DNA of 63,736 nt, the filler included, from Reclinomonas americana ATCC 50394 (taxonomy: Eukaryota): NCBI GenBank assembly GCA_048213135.1. It is 33 parts of 33 records of this genome, joined end to end, with 100 filler letters (N's around TTAATTAATTAA, not from the genome) between each part and the next. Parts side by side here need not be neighbours in the genome. Positions count along the whole stretch, not along the records: positions 10,715 to 11,923 come from AFZH01024504.1; positions 12,024 to 13,306 come from AFZH01024505.1; positions 13,407 to 15,588 come from AFZH01024506.1; positions 15,689 to 16,715 come from AFZH01024507.1; positions 16,816 to 18,261 come from AFZH01024508.1; positions 18,362 to 19,761 come from AFZH01024509.1; positions 19,862 to 21,588 come from AFZH01024510.1; positions 21,689 to 22,782 come from AFZH01024511.1; 25 more parts are not named here. One strand, 5' to 3'. Shown in pieces: positions 10,889 to 22,882 of the stretch (the stretch's first letter is position 1; each line of letters begins with the position of its first letter). The position numbers and the translations under genes were made by a program. The notes below the pieces were generated by a model, which had not been told where the DNA came from, ran no database searches, and was given only the letters and a program-made list of their open reading frames with translations.

Positions 10889-11923
10889 TCAGGCGCGGAC
10901 GAACTGATCGAGCTGCCAGTCGAGCGCGCCGGGCAGGAAGGCCGGCTTGACCGTGCTGCGCCGCACGACATAGGCGACGTCGTTGGTCAGCCAGATGAAG
11001 GCGGCGGACTTGTCCATCTCCTGCTGGGCCTTGACCACGATCTCGGCGCGCTTGGCCGGGTCGGTCTCGACGATCGCAGCCTTTGCGAGCCTGTCGTATT
11101 CGGGGCTGTCGAAGCGCTGCCAGTTCCAGATGCCGATCTGGTCCGCAGTGAACCATTGCATCAGGAAGCTCGGATCGAGCTTGCCGTTGAAGCGCAGCAT
11201 GAACATGTCGAGGCTCTTGCCTCCATCGCCCTTGCCGGCATCCCAGTAGGTGCCGCCCTCGCGGACGTCGACATCGGCGCTGATGCCGACTTCGCGCAGC
11301 AGGGCCTGCGCGACCAGGGCCATGGTCTGGAAGGCCGGCTGGTTCAGTACGGTGATGCGGGTCTTGATCGCCGTCTGCCCGGCCTCGGCCAGGAGCCGCT
11401 TGGCCTCGGCGACGTTGCGCTTGTAGACGGGGGCCTCTTTCCACTGCCCCAGGATCGGCGCCATGATCAGCGTATTGAGCCGCGGGGCCTTGCCGTTGAA
11501 GCCGGCGAGCAGCATCTGGTCGACATCGAGCGCGAGCCGCACCGCCTGCCGTACGCGGACATCGGTGAACGGCGCCTTCTGCATGTTGATGCCGAGCCAG
11601 ATGAAGGCGAGGCCCGGCTGGCTCTCGACGCTGAGGCCTGATGCGCCGCGCATCGGCTCGGCGATGGCCGGCGGCAGCACGGCGAAGTCGAGCTCGCCGG
11701 AGCGCAGCGCCAGCTCCGCGGTCTTGGGATCCTGGATGAAGTTGACCTTGACCTCGTCGAAGGCCGGCTGCGGGCCCTTGTAGTCGGGATTGCGGCGGAG
11801 CACCGCCCCGCGTTGCTTCTCGACCGAGACGACCTGGTAGGCGCCGGAGCCGACCGGCTTGGTGTTGTGCTCGGCGCCGCGCGCGGTCAGCGCCTTCTTC
11901 GAGACGATGCAGCCGGAGCAGTC
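10889..11923 (-). CDS. ABC transporter substrate-binding protein family 5, C-terminal part
   Basis: PVGSGAYQV, ALRSGELD and PFTDVRVRQAVRLALD motifs. Confidence 0.9.
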   Translation of the reverse strand, partial: DCSGCIVSKKALTARGAEHNTKPVGSGAYQVVSVEKQRGAVLRRNPDYKGPQPAFDEVKVNFIQDPKTAELALRSGELDFAVLPPAIAEPMRGASGLSVESQPGLAFIWLGINMQKAPFTDVRVRQAVRLALDVDQMLLAGFNGKAPRLNTLIMAPILGQWKEAPVYKRNVAEAKRLLAEAGQTAIKTRITVLNQPAFQTMALVAQALLREVGISADVDVREGGTYWDAGKGDGGKSLDMFMLRFNGKLDPSFLMQWFTADQIGIWNWQRFDSPEYDRLAKAAIVETDPAKRAEIVVKAQQEMDKSAAFIWLTNDVAYVVRRSTVKPAFLPGALDWQLDQFVRA

Positions 11924-12198
11924 NNNNNNNNNNNNNNNNNNNNNNNNNNNNNNNNNNNNNNNNNNNNTTAATTAATTAANNNNNNNNNNNNNNNNNNNNN
12001 NNNNNNNNNNNNNNNNNNNNNNNGATCGATGCAACGTGAACTTTCCTTCGCTGAAACGCGCGAAAAATAGAGTGTCGTTACAATCGTCATCGGTAGGCTC
12101 TCTTGCGAAGCTTTCGGTGACGATTCGCCGCAACTGTAGCGTAGCGAAACGGGGTTGCCGCAGGCATTCAGGCGGCATGCCTTTCGCCGGAGACCGTC

Positions 12199-13172
12199 AT
12201 GAGCCTCGACGTCACGCCTGCCGCTTCGCGCTTCGTGTCCCGCCGCCGCAGGATCGAGTGGCCGACGATCCTGCTCGCCGCGGCGATCTATGGCGGCTGG
12301 TTCGCGACGACCTATTTCCACGCCAGCCTGCCCATCTGGCTCGTCGCAGCGGCCGGCGCCTGGCTGGTGGCCTGGCACAGCTCGCTGCAGCACGAGATCC
12401 TGCACGGCCATCCGACGCGCTCCCGCCGCGTCAACCGCGCTCTCGCTTGCCTGCCGCTGTCGCTCTGGCTGCCCTATGAGAGCTATCGCGTGCTGCATCT
12501 GCGCCATCATCATGACGAGCGGCTGACGGACCCGCTAGACGATCCGGAATCGCGCTATCTCACCGCCGCGGACTGGGATGGGCTGGCCCCCTCGGCCGCA
12601 GCCTGCTGCGGGCGCAGAAGACGCTGCTGGGCCGCCTCGTGATCGGCCCGTTCTGGGCTGTCGGGCATTTCCTCGCCGACGAGGCGCGGGCCGTGAAGCG
12701 CGGCGACAGGACGGCGCGGCGGGCCTGGGCCGAGCATCTGCCGATGCTGCTGCTCGTGCTGGCCTGGCTCGTCCTCGTCTGCGAGATGAGCCTGCCCTTC
12801 TACCTGCTGGGGATCGTCTATCCGGCGACGGCGCTGATGCTGCTGCGCTCCTTCGCCGAGCACAAGGCGGCCGAAGGCGTGCTGGAGCGCACCGCCATCG
12901 TCGAGAATGCGCCAGTCCTCGGCCTGCTCTATCTCTACAACAACCTGCACGCCGTGCATCACGAACGCCCGGTCATGCCCTGGTACGAGATCCCGCGCTG
13001 GTACCGGGCCAATCGCGAGCGGCTCGTCCGCGAGAATGGCGGCATGGTCTATGACGGCTATCGCGACGTGGCGCGCCGCTTTCTGCTGCGCGAGCATGAT
13101 GCGGTCGCCCATCCCTTCGGGGTAGCGGCCTCGCCGGGCGAGGCGGCCTCGCGGCGGACGGAGGCGGTGTAA
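12199..13172 (+). CDS. Membrane fatty-acid-desaturase-like protein, with an apparent frameshift near 12590
   Basis: His boxes HEILHGH, HLRHHH, FAEH and LHAVHH. They are split over two ORFs (12199-12642 and 12639-13172) that join if one base is added at CTGGCCCCC. Confidence 0.85.
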
Positions 13173-13180
13173 GCGCTGCG

Positions 13181-13806
13181 TCAGCCGAGCTCGCTCAGCA
13201 CGTCGTCCAGCGTCTGCGCGATCTGGTGGGGCTGGACCACGGCGAGCTTGATCAGCTCGTCGAAGCGCTTGCTGAACAGCCGGACATAGTCGATGCCGTT
13301 CAGCACNNNNNNNNNNNNNNNNNNNNNNNNNNNNNNNNNNNNNNNNNNNNTTAATTAATTAANNNNNNNNNNNNNNNNNNNNNNNNNNNNNNNNNNNNNN
13401 NNNNNNCGAAGCGCAGCACCTCCTCGGTCTTCAGGAAGTCCGGCAGGCTGTCCGGCACCGTCCGGACGCGATAGCCCTCGACCTCGCGCAGCCAGCCGAG
13501 GAAGTGGTCGTCGATGGGCGAGCGGGTATGGGTCTGGATCTGCATGATCGAGTCGATGATCTGCGTCCCGACCTCCTTGCGCGGCGTCAGCCCGAGCAGC
13601 CAGTCGACCGAGACCTGACAGGCCTTGGCCAGGGCGATCAGCGTGTCGGCGCGCGGCATGCGCGGCCCGTCCGCCGAAAGCAATTGCGACAGGGTCGAGC
13701 GGTTGATCTCGGCCATGCGGGCGAAGGCGGCCTGGTTCAGGCCCGAGCCGTCGATCAGGGACTGCAGGCGTTGCCGGAAGCCGGCTGCGGCGTCGGCGGT
13801 GTTCAT
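13181..13806 (-). CDS. XRE-family HTH transcriptional regulator (N-terminus 13407-13806; probable C-terminus 13181-13306 across the spacer)
   Basis: LNQAAFARMAEINRSTLSQLLS...PRADTLIALAKACQVSVDWLLGL helix-turn-helix. The C-terminal piece LNGIDYVRLFSKRFDELIKLAVVQPHQ ends in TGA at 13181. Confidence 0.8.
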
Positions 13807-13958
13807 GAAACCATCCGATCGTTCCGTTTCGTCTACAATTATCCCCTGAGGAGGCAGACAAGGTTCGAATGCTAGCTTTGTCAACAAACATCACATGATG
13901 CGCCTTGGCCCGCCTGCTCCGCCGCCCTTAACTCGATGGCGAACGGGGACTGCAGGCG

Positions 13959-15215
13959 ATGACGCGCTGGAAAGCTGGCGAAAGGGTACAGGACCAGGCG
14001 AGCCGGGAGCGCATGGCGCATCTCCTGGCTGAGCGGGTGCCGCACACCTCGCTGCCGCGCCCGTTCTATGACGATCCTGACTTCTTCCGCCTGGACATGC
14101 AGGCGATCTTCGAAAGCCGCTGGGTCTTCGCCGGCCTCGCCTGCGAGATCGGCAAGCCGGGCGCGTTCTTCACCGTCGAGATCGGCGAGACCTCGATCAT
14201 CGTCTGCCGCGACCGGGAGATGACGGTCCGCGCCTTTTTCAACAGCTGCCGGCATCGCGGCTCGATCGTGCTGGACCAGCCTTGCGGGCGCAGGACCAGT
14301 TTCGTCTGCCCGTATCATCACTGGAGCTACGATCCGACCGGCCGGCTCCTGCGCGCGCCCAATCTCGATCCCGCGGCCGACAAGGGCGAGCTCGGCCTGC
14401 GGCCGGTCCATGTCCGCGAGATCGCCGGGCTGATCCATGTCTGCCTCGCCGAGGACGCTCCGGACATTGCGCCTCTTGCAGCGGCGCTCGGGCCAGCGGC
14501 CGCGCCGCACCGGCTCGCCGAGGGCAAGGTCGTCCACACGGTCACGCTGCACGAGCAGGGCAACTGGAAGCTCGTGATGGAGAATGCCCGCGAGTGCGAC
14601 CATTGCCAGGCCGGGCATCCCGAGCTGATGAACACGCTCCTGATCTTCGACTTCGCCGATCCCTGGAGCGATCCCGCCATCGCCGAATTCTGGCGGCGCT
14701 GCGAGGCGAGCGGCCTGCCGAGCGTCACCCGGGACGGCGCCGATTTTCGCGTCGGGCGGATGCCGTTCAAGCCCGGCAACCTGTCGATCACCATGGATGG
14801 CAAGCCAGCGGTGTGCCGCCGCCTCGGCGACTGGCCGGAGCAGGACATCGGCTCGCTGCGCTTCACCCATTATCCCAGCATGTTCGGCCATATCCACGCC
14901 GACTACGCCATCGTCGTGCAGATGCTGCCGAAATCGGCGGGCGAGACCATCGTCACCTGCAAATGGCTGGTGCATGCCGAGGCGGTCGAGGGCAGGGACT
15001 ACGAACTTGAGCGGCTCGTCGAGGTCTGGCGCGCGACCAACGACCAGGACCGGCAGCTGGTCGAGCGCAACCAGCGCGGCGTTCGCTCCGTCGGCTATCG
15101 CCCCGGCCCCTATGCCGAGGCCTCCGAGCACGGTGTCTGGACCTTCGTCGAATGGTATGCCCGGATGATGCAGGGCTTCGCCGGGGCCACCTCCCACTCC
15201 GCGGCCGCCGAATAA
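13959..15215 (+). CDS. Rieske non-heme iron oxygenase alpha subunit (GbcA/Stc2-like N-demethylase group)
   Basis: Rieske CRHRG...CPYH; mononuclear iron motif ENARECDHCQAGH; TNDQD and YRPGPY as in glycine/proline-betaine demethylases. Confidence 0.88.
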   Translation: MTRWKAGERVQDQASRERMAHLLAERVPHTSLPRPFYDDPDFFRLDMQAIFESRWVFAGLACEIGKPGAFFTVEIGETSIIVCRDREMTVRAFFNSCRHRGSIVLDQPCGRRTSFVCPYHHWSYDPTGRLLRAPNLDPAADKGELGLRPVHVREIAGLIHVCLAEDAPDIAPLAAALGPAAAPHRLAEGKVVHTVTLHEQGNWKLVMENARECDHCQAGHPELMNTLLIFDFADPWSDPAIAEFWRRCEASGLPSVTRDGADFRVGRMPFKPGNLSITMDGKPAVCRRLGDWPEQDIGSLRFTHYPSMFGHIHADYAIVVQMLPKSAGETIVTCKWLVHAEAVEGRDYELERLVEVWRATNDQDRQLVERNQRGVRSVGYRPGPYAEASEHGVWTFVEWYARMMQGFAGATSHSAAAE

Positions 15216-15260
15216 CGCGGTCCGCGCCATACCCAAGCCGACGATCGAAAGGGAACCCGC

Positions 15261-16526
15261 ATGAGCGTCAAGCAACTGGGCGCGACGAGCGTCGGCCTCG
15301 GCACCATCCTCTCCATCGTCGATGAGGGGCATCCGGTCGCCCTCGACCCCGCGGTCGTCGCGCGGGTCGCGGCGGCGCGGGCCGTCGTCGAGCGCTACAT
15401 GCATCGCGACGAGCCGATCTACGGGCTCAACACCGGGCTCGGCGGCAATGTCGGCTACCGGATCCCGCCGGACGAGATCGAGGCCTTCCAGGTCAAGATG
15501 GTGCGCGGCCGCTGCATCGGCGTGGGCGAGCCGTTCCCGGAACGGGCCGGCCGCGCCATGCTGCTCAGCCGCATCGTCGGCATGGCCCNNNNNNNNNNNN
15601 NNNNNNNNNNNNNNNNNNNNNNNNNNNNNNNNTTAATTAATTAANNNNNNNNNNNNNNNNNNNNNNNNNNNNNNNNNNNNNNNNNNNNCATCTTCGATCC
15701 GCGCCTCGCCGAGGCGCGGCCGGCGCGCGGACAGGTGCAGGCCGCGGCCGCCTTCCGCTCGGCACTGAACGGCAGCTACCTGCATGATCCCGGCGCCGCC
15801 CGCTCGATCCAGGATGCGCTGTGCTTCCGGGTGCTCTCGCAGATCTACGGGCCGGCACTAGCCAGCTTCGAGACCGCCGTCGCCAGCGTCACGACGGAGG
15901 TCAATTCCGCCGCCGACAATCCGCTGGTCATGGCCGAGGACGACCTCATCCTGTCGACCGCCAATTTCCACACCCCGGACATCGCGCTAGCCTTCGATAC
16001 GCTGGCGATCGTCAACGTCCAGCTCGCGACGGCCTCGGCCTATCGCACGATCAAGCTGATGAACGCCCAGCTCTCCGGCCTGCCGAAATACCTCTCGCCC
16101 CTGGGCGGCGCCTCGAACGGCTACAACTCGATGCAGAAGACGGTCTCGGCCTTGCAAGGCGAGGTCAGGCTGAGGGCGACGCCGGCGAGCACGGATTCGA
16201 TTCCCGTATCCGAGACGGTCGAGGACCACGCGCCGCAGACACTGCTGACGATCCGCAAGCTCGAGGAACAGATCCTGCCGCTCCGGCTGATCTTCGCCAT
16301 CGAGGCGCTGGTCGCGGTGCAGGCGGTCGACCTGCGGGGCAGGCCCCGCCTCGCCGAGGCGACCGGCGCGCTCTACGAGGCGATCCGCAAGGACATCCCG
16401 ATGCTCCAGGACGATCGCGAGAACGGCCCGGACGCCGACCGCGTCGCGGCGATCCTGCGCGACGGAGCGCTGCTTGCCAGGCTGCGCGATAGCCTTGGCA
16501 ACGCCACGCTTTTTTCGCTGGGTTAG
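15261..16526 (+). CDS. Aromatic amino acid ammonia-lyase (HutH/PAL superfamily); N-terminus 15261-15588, C-terminus 15689-16526
   Basis: IYGLNTGLG, QDALCFR, NSAADNP, ANFH and VEDH motifs. The MIO tripeptide region falls in the gap. Confidence 0.85.
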
Positions 16527-16528
16527 CC

Positions 16529-16715
16529 TCAGGCCACGCCGAGCAGGCGGATCAGGCCGAGCGAGATCGCCGCGAGCGCGAGCAGCGAGAGGACGACCGT
16601 TGCGGTGACGCGCGGGCCGGCCTGGACGACGGAACGGATGTCGACGCTGAGCCCGAGCGCCGCCATCGAGACGATCGTCAGCACGTTCGCGGCGGTGGCG
16701 AGTGGCGGCAGCAGG
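16529..16715 (-). CDS. YeiH-family membrane protein (putative sulfate exporter), C-terminal part
   Basis: LTIVSMAALGLSVDIRSVVQAGPR motif. Confidence 0.75.
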
Positions 16716-17733
16716 NNNNNNNNNNNNNNNNNNNNNNNNNNNNNNNNNNNNNNNNNNNNTTAATTAATTAANNNNNNNNNNNNNNNNNNNNNNNNNNNNN
16801 NNNNNNNNNNNNNNNTGCTCCTTCTTCGCCTCGTTCTCTCGTTCTTCTCCTCCCACACCCTCTCTCTTCTTCTTCCCCACTCCTGTCCTTCTTCATCCCT
16901 CCCTCATTCCTCTCCCCATTACGCATCCTTTCCTTCTTCGCCTCTTTCCCGCTTGATCTCCTTTCCTTCTTCATCCCTTCCTCCCTTCCCCGCTCAATTC
17001 CTTCTCCATCCTTTCTTTATTCACTCTTCCTTCCCTCATTCATTCGTCATCCCTACTCTCTTTCTCTTCTCTCTTCTCTCTCCACCCACTTCGTTCTCAC
17101 GGCCGTGCTGTCCGCCGCTTGTCCCGTTTTCTATTCTTCCGATGCGCAACGAGTGAATGTCTTCGAATTCGTGTGTGTGTGGTTGCTGTTGTTGCCATTT
17201 TGAGCCGTTGGCTTGCAGAACACAGAAGGAAGATCAATTTTCGTGCACTTGACGCAAGAAGCGGTGTCGGTGTGGGGAGAGAGAGAGAGAGAGGGAAAGA
17301 CTGGTCGTTAAAGAGATGAAGAAAAGAGAAACCTCCACACCGCAGCAGCCCATCGTCCTGTTTCTCTCATTTTTTCTCTCTTCTCACGCTGCGTGCTCTC
17401 ACTCATCAGCATATTTCCTGCTCCCACAGACGCTCTCGTTGATGATGCAAGGGATACTCATGGAGCGCGACTCGCACCTCCACCGCCACCTCCGTCTGGA
17501 CGATTGTTGATCCCAATTCGCCTCCACCGAATTTCGTTAGCGGCCCTCAGTCATTGCTGTTGTGCCATTTCATCGTCTTCTCCTTGAGGAGGAGGAGGAG
17601 AAGGAAAGAAGATGATCTGCTGGATGTGGCGACATAGGCATCTTTTGGAGGTACGTGCGTATGTGTGGCCTTGGGGTGTGGATGGGAAATCAACCGCGGC
17701 TGCCTCGCTCACTCATTCATTCATTGTGTCTTT

Positions 17734-18700
17734 GTTCAGCAGCACGATCCGTGATCCTGCTCAAATGGAGAGTTGTCTCTCTCCCTGTCTCCACCATCGC
17801 CGGTGCATGCATCGCAAGGCTCGGACGTCTCTGTGTGTTGTCCCTGTTGCATTGTTCCTTCTCCCCCTCCCTCGCTCCTCACTCACTCATTCATTCATTG
17901 TGTCTGTTCAGCAGCACGATCCGTGATCCTGCTCAAATGGAAAGTTGTCTCGCTTTCTGCAGCTGTCTCCACCATCGCCGGTGCATGCATCGCAAGGCTC
18001 GAACGTCTCTGTGAGTTGTCCCTGTTGCATTGTTCCTTCTTCCCCTCCCTCGCTCTCCTCGCTCAGTCATTCATCAATTGTGTCTGTTCAGCAGCACGAT
18101 CTGTGATCCTGCTCAAATGGAGAGTTGTCTCTCTCCCTGTCTCCACCATTGCCGGTGCATGCATCGCAAGGCTCGGACGTCTCCGTGAGTTGTCCCTGTT
18201 GCATTGTTCCTTCTCCCTCTCTCTCGCTCTCCTCGCTCACTCATTCATTCCTTGTGTCTTTNNNNNNNNNNNNNNNNNNNNNNNNNNNNNNNNNNNNNNN
18301 NNNNNTTAATTAATTAANNNNNNNNNNNNNNNNNNNNNNNNNNNNNNNNNNNNNNNNNNNNGTTCAGCAGCTCGATCCGTGATCCTGCTCAAATGGAGAG
18401 TTGTCTCTCTCCTTGTCTCCACCATCGCCGGTGCATGCATCGCAAGGCTCGGACGTCTCTGTGAGTTGTCCCTGTTGCATTGTTCCTTCTCCCCCTCCCC
18501 CGCTCTCCTCGCTCACTCATTCATTCTCATTGTGTCTGTTCAGCAGCTCGATCCGTGATCCTGCTCAAATGGAGAGCTGTCGACGTCCTCTCTCTCTAGA
18601 TCTCTCTGTCTCCACCATCGCCGGTGCATGCATCGCAAGGCTCGAACGTCTCTGTGAGTTGTCCCTGTTGCATTGTTCCTTCTTCCTCCTCCCTCGCTCT
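17734..18700 (+). repeat. Tandem repeat of about 172-180 bp, at least 5 copies across a spacer, each shaped as exon + GT..AG intron
   Basis: GTTCAGCAGC(A/T)CGATC(C/T)GTGATCCTGCTCAAATGG recurs at 17734, 17906, 18086, 18362 and 18538. Confidence 0.9.
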
Positions 18701-21700
18701 CCGTTTCTCACCATTGATCCAGTCATGCCTGGCTCGTCAAACAGGAGCGTATTGCATGCAGACCGCACGCGGCATTGCGACACGCTGCTTGTCGGTTTCT
18801 TCCTTCTCAATAACCGCCATCGATTGCAACAGCATGCATTGTGTGTGTGAGAGAGAGAGAGAAAGAGAGTGTGTGTGTGTGTGTTTGCATGCTTGTTCCT
18901 GCTGGTTTGTTTTCCTCACTCCCCATCCTCCTCCTCTTCCCACTCTCAACCTCTCAACATTCTCCTTGAGCTCTCTCCCCTTCCCCTTCCCCACTTTCTC
19001 CCCTCCGCTGCAATGAGCGGGATGGCAGACTCTCCACTCCGTCGCCTTCCTTGCTTTTCTCTCTCCATCGGCCACAGTCGATGTTCATGCGGTGCACGGA
19101 GATTGGCACAGCGCCGCTCCATCCATCTCTTCCTCTCTTCCTCCTCCTCCGTGGCTTTTGCCTCTGTCCTTGATCGGCGCCGGCAGTGTGTGTCGTGAAT
19201 GCCGATTGAGTCGGGAACCACGATCGTCGCGGACTGAGTGGCTGTGGTGGTGGTTGTCGTGGTGGCGCAATGTATGCATCCGCTCTCTGCATCTCACTCT
19301 CCTACACACACTGCCTCTGCGATGAATACCAGCAAGGAGAGGGAGAAGAGACGCACACACGATGTCCAACGTCGCATCATTTGTCCCCCGCACTTCCCTC
19401 CGCTTCTTTCTTCTTCTTCTGTTGTGTGGTGTGATGTGCTGATGCACGAGCAAAGCATCAGTGGTGCGGCTTGCGTGTGATCGTGAATGCATGAGCGAGT
19501 GAGCGAGTGACCGTGTTTCGTCATTGGCACGCATTCTCTTGTCACTCGTGTGTGTTTTGCGAGGAGACTCGGAGAATGAGGAGGAGGATGAGTGTGGCAC
19601 GCTTGTCGACATCGTGCATGAGCAGCTGCTTGTACACACACACCAGGTGAGTGAGTGTGTGGGAAAAAGAGAGTGTGTGAGTGTGTAAGAGTGGCATTCA
19701 TTGTTTCGCGCGTCTCTTTCTCTCATTTTCTCTCGCTCTCTCTCCCTCTCTCTCATCCACCNNNNNNNNNNNNNNNNNNNNNNNNNNNNNNNNNNNNNNN
19801 NNNNNTTAATTAATTAANNNNNNNNNNNNNNNNNNNNNNNNNNNNNNNNNNNNNNNNNNNNTCTCTCTCTCTCTTCTCTTCTCCTCTCCTCTCTCTCTCT
19901 CTCTCTCTCGCGCGTGCGCTTCCGCCCTCTCGTTCGTGTGAGGAAGCGTGTGTATGCGTCGTGGATGAGTCTCTTTGCGTCTGTTGATCAAATCCCCACA
20001 CACTCGTTCTCCTCCTGCGTTCTCTCTTCTTCCTCTCTCTCTTTCTGCCCTTCGAGTTCCCTTCTCATCCTTGGCTCTGGTCAGAGTGACAGATGGATGT
20101 GAATCTGTGCGTTCATGTAATCGCCTCTCTCTCTCTCTCTCTCCTCTCCACCCTCGTTGAATCATTGCTCTGTTATCTCGTCCTCCTCATTCTCTCTTCC
20201 CCCTCCGCCCCCCTCTTTCGCTTTCTCTTCCTTCGCGTCTTCCCTTTCCCTTCGCGCCTTCATCCTCGTTGAATAGTCGCTCTGTTGCTGTCTCTGTCTC
20301 TCCCTTCTCTTCTGCTTTCTTCTCTTCCTTCGCATCTTCCCTCTCCCCTTCCGTCTGCACGCCTCTCCCTTCTCTTCTGTTTTCTCTTCCTTCGCATCTT
20401 CCCTCTCCCCCCCTCTCCCCCCTTGTCCGCCATGCCACCGTTGCTTTCTTCTGTCTCCTCCACCCACCTCTCCCTCTCGCTTCAGATTCACCGATTCACT
20501 CTCTACGCCCTCCTTCTTCGCCCAATTCTGCGCCCACACTCACTTTATCGCGCTCTCCGCCTGCAGGCGATGATTGCGTGAGAGCGGTGCCATTCGAACG
20601 TCGACGTCGCTTGTCAGCCGGCGTGATATCGATGGGAGCTCGTGTGAGCCAGTCGTCGGCCACCGCCGGATTCGCAATGTGGCGCATCTTGTTCTTCCTG
20701 TTGGTGGCTCTGCGTTGATCGACCGTCACGCACTCCTCCACAGCAGCAGCTGGTGATGCTGGTGGCGTTCGACGGTACACACGTGCGGGGTGAGTTGACG
20801 GGAGCGGTGAGAGGAGTGGAGAGAGAGAGAGAGAAGAGGATCGTTTGCGATTTGAGGTTGAAGGGAGGGCGACCAGCATGGTCATGCACTGATACGCATG
20901 ATGCCACCTTTGCGACAGATGTGGGATGCATTTCGACTCGCCCGGTCCACATGCTCTGCTGCAGCAGGTGCAGCTGGGCGGCATCCTGTCACTTGCCGCG
21001 GTGTCCCTTGACTGCTCGAATGCCCACACACATTTTCTGTCGATCAGTGTGTGCTTGTGGTGCATGCAACACGAATGCCGGCTGCTCTGCTTTTTTTCGT
21101 TGCTCACATATGCGCTCTCATGTCGCAGGGGAGTGAGGCCTGTCATCGCACCATCTGTCCATTGTGTTGTGCGAGACGGCGCGCCGTGGCGACGAGATGT
21201 GTGCATGTGCCTCGCAATGGCGCGCTCCAGCATCACATTCAGATCTCTCCTTGCCCGCCTTGTGCGGCACCCATGACGCGGAGCGAGTACACGCTGCGCC
21301 GACTGTGTTCTTGTGTCTCACATACTGAGCAGGTGAGCGATTCACGTTACTTTTGTCTCTCGTTCTTTTTCACCTCCACCCTTCACTCGCATTGGTCACG
21401 TTCACTTGCACCCTTCACGACTCCTCCCGCTCCCCATTTCCTCACCTCGTCTCGTCTCGTTTCGCTCTTTCTTGTGTCTTCCTTTCTTGGCCTCTTTCCT
21501 CTCCAGTGTTCAATTCCCGTGAGCCGCCCTTGTTGCTTTTCGTTGATCTCTTTCACTTGCATCCTTTACTCCTCCTTCTCTTCACCTCNNNNNNNNNNNN
21601 NNNNNNNNNNNNNNNNNNNNNNNNNNNNNNNNTTAATTAATTAANNNNNNNNNNNNNNNNNNNNNNNNNNNNNNNNNNNNNNNNNNNNAAGCATCCCTTG

Positions 21701-22882
21701 GCTTGCCTCTGATCAAACGCGTATTGGTTACAGGTGCTGGTCGGTGTGTTTGTCTGGTGAGACAGAGCAGATTTCTCTCTCCTTCCTCCATTCTTCGCTC
21801 ACAGTGTACCGACATGCAGGCACCTTAGGGGCAGGTCCCCCTCGTTGTTCCGTAATGATTGCAGGCGTGCTGTGCATCGCCCGCTACCGGCTGTCACCTC
21901 ACTCACTCGGCTCCCCACTCGCATCCCACCGTGCACTCAGCAGGTGCGTGGCCCTGTTCTTCGTGATCTCTCTTTCCTCCTTCCCTCCACTCACCTCATC
22001 CATGCAGGCCGTGCACGCCATGAGGTGCGTGGCTGGGTGGGTGTACACCTGCGTGTCGTTATGTGCGATGGATGGCCTGGTCGTTGGATCGTTTTCAATC
22101 CCGGCTGGCAAGTCGGAGCGGATCGATGATGTGCGCTTCTTGGTTGCTGCTGTCGCCGCCAAGTAATGATGGTGGTGGCCATGGGAGACTGCTGGCGTGT
22201 GCGTGGCCTGGTGAGTACGTGTTCTGCATCTGTGTTGAGGAGTAAGTTGGTGAGACTTGGAGATTGACTAACTCAATTCTGTGTGACAGGCGTGCTGGCA
22301 AGTGACTGGCATGCGAAGACACGTGGTTCCGTGCCTCACAGTGCATGCATGAGACAATGCACCGACCGACTGTGAGTGTGATTGAAGGCGCGAAGCACTG
22401 ATTGTGACTTGGGTGAGAGGAGGCGAGTCTCACGACAGCGCTGCCTCTTCCATCGCTGTGCTGCTGTGCTGGTCGTTCCTCTCTTGTTCCTTGTGACTCT
22501 CCCTCTTCGTCGTACCATCATGACGTGCGCCTCGTCAGCTTCGCTGTGGGCCGAGCCAAGGAGGTGTGAGGTGTCGCTGACTCGCTGCACAATTAATTGT
22601 TCTCGTGTGTGCCGTGGCATCAACACAACAGAGCCATATCTGCGTATCCAAGCAGCCCGACATGCGAGTCCTCGTTTACAGAGAATGCAGGTCAGTCGAA
22701 AGAGAGTGTCGCTGGACAGCAGCGCGATGCAGTGGAGCGCCACCTCGAGCCACCACCGCCTGCATGTCCAAATGCATTAATANNNNNNNNNNNNNNNNNN
22801 NNNNNNNNNNNNNNNNNNNNNNNNNNTTAATTAATTAANNNNNNNNNNNNNNNNNNNNNNNNNNNNNNNNNNNNNNNNNNNN

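Noticed and set aside
12580..12600. Desaturase frameshift as a pseudogene or programmed frameshift
   Set aside because: A single missing base at a short G/C run with both halves intact and no slippery heptamer; most likely sequencing error.
17734..18700. CRISPR array
   Set aside because: Units are about 175 bp and similar along their whole length; no unique spacers and no cas genes.
18723..22782. Many short ORFs in CT/GA-rich eukaryotic sequence
   Set aside because: Low-complexity translations; some splice-like signals, but no coherent protein could be assembled.
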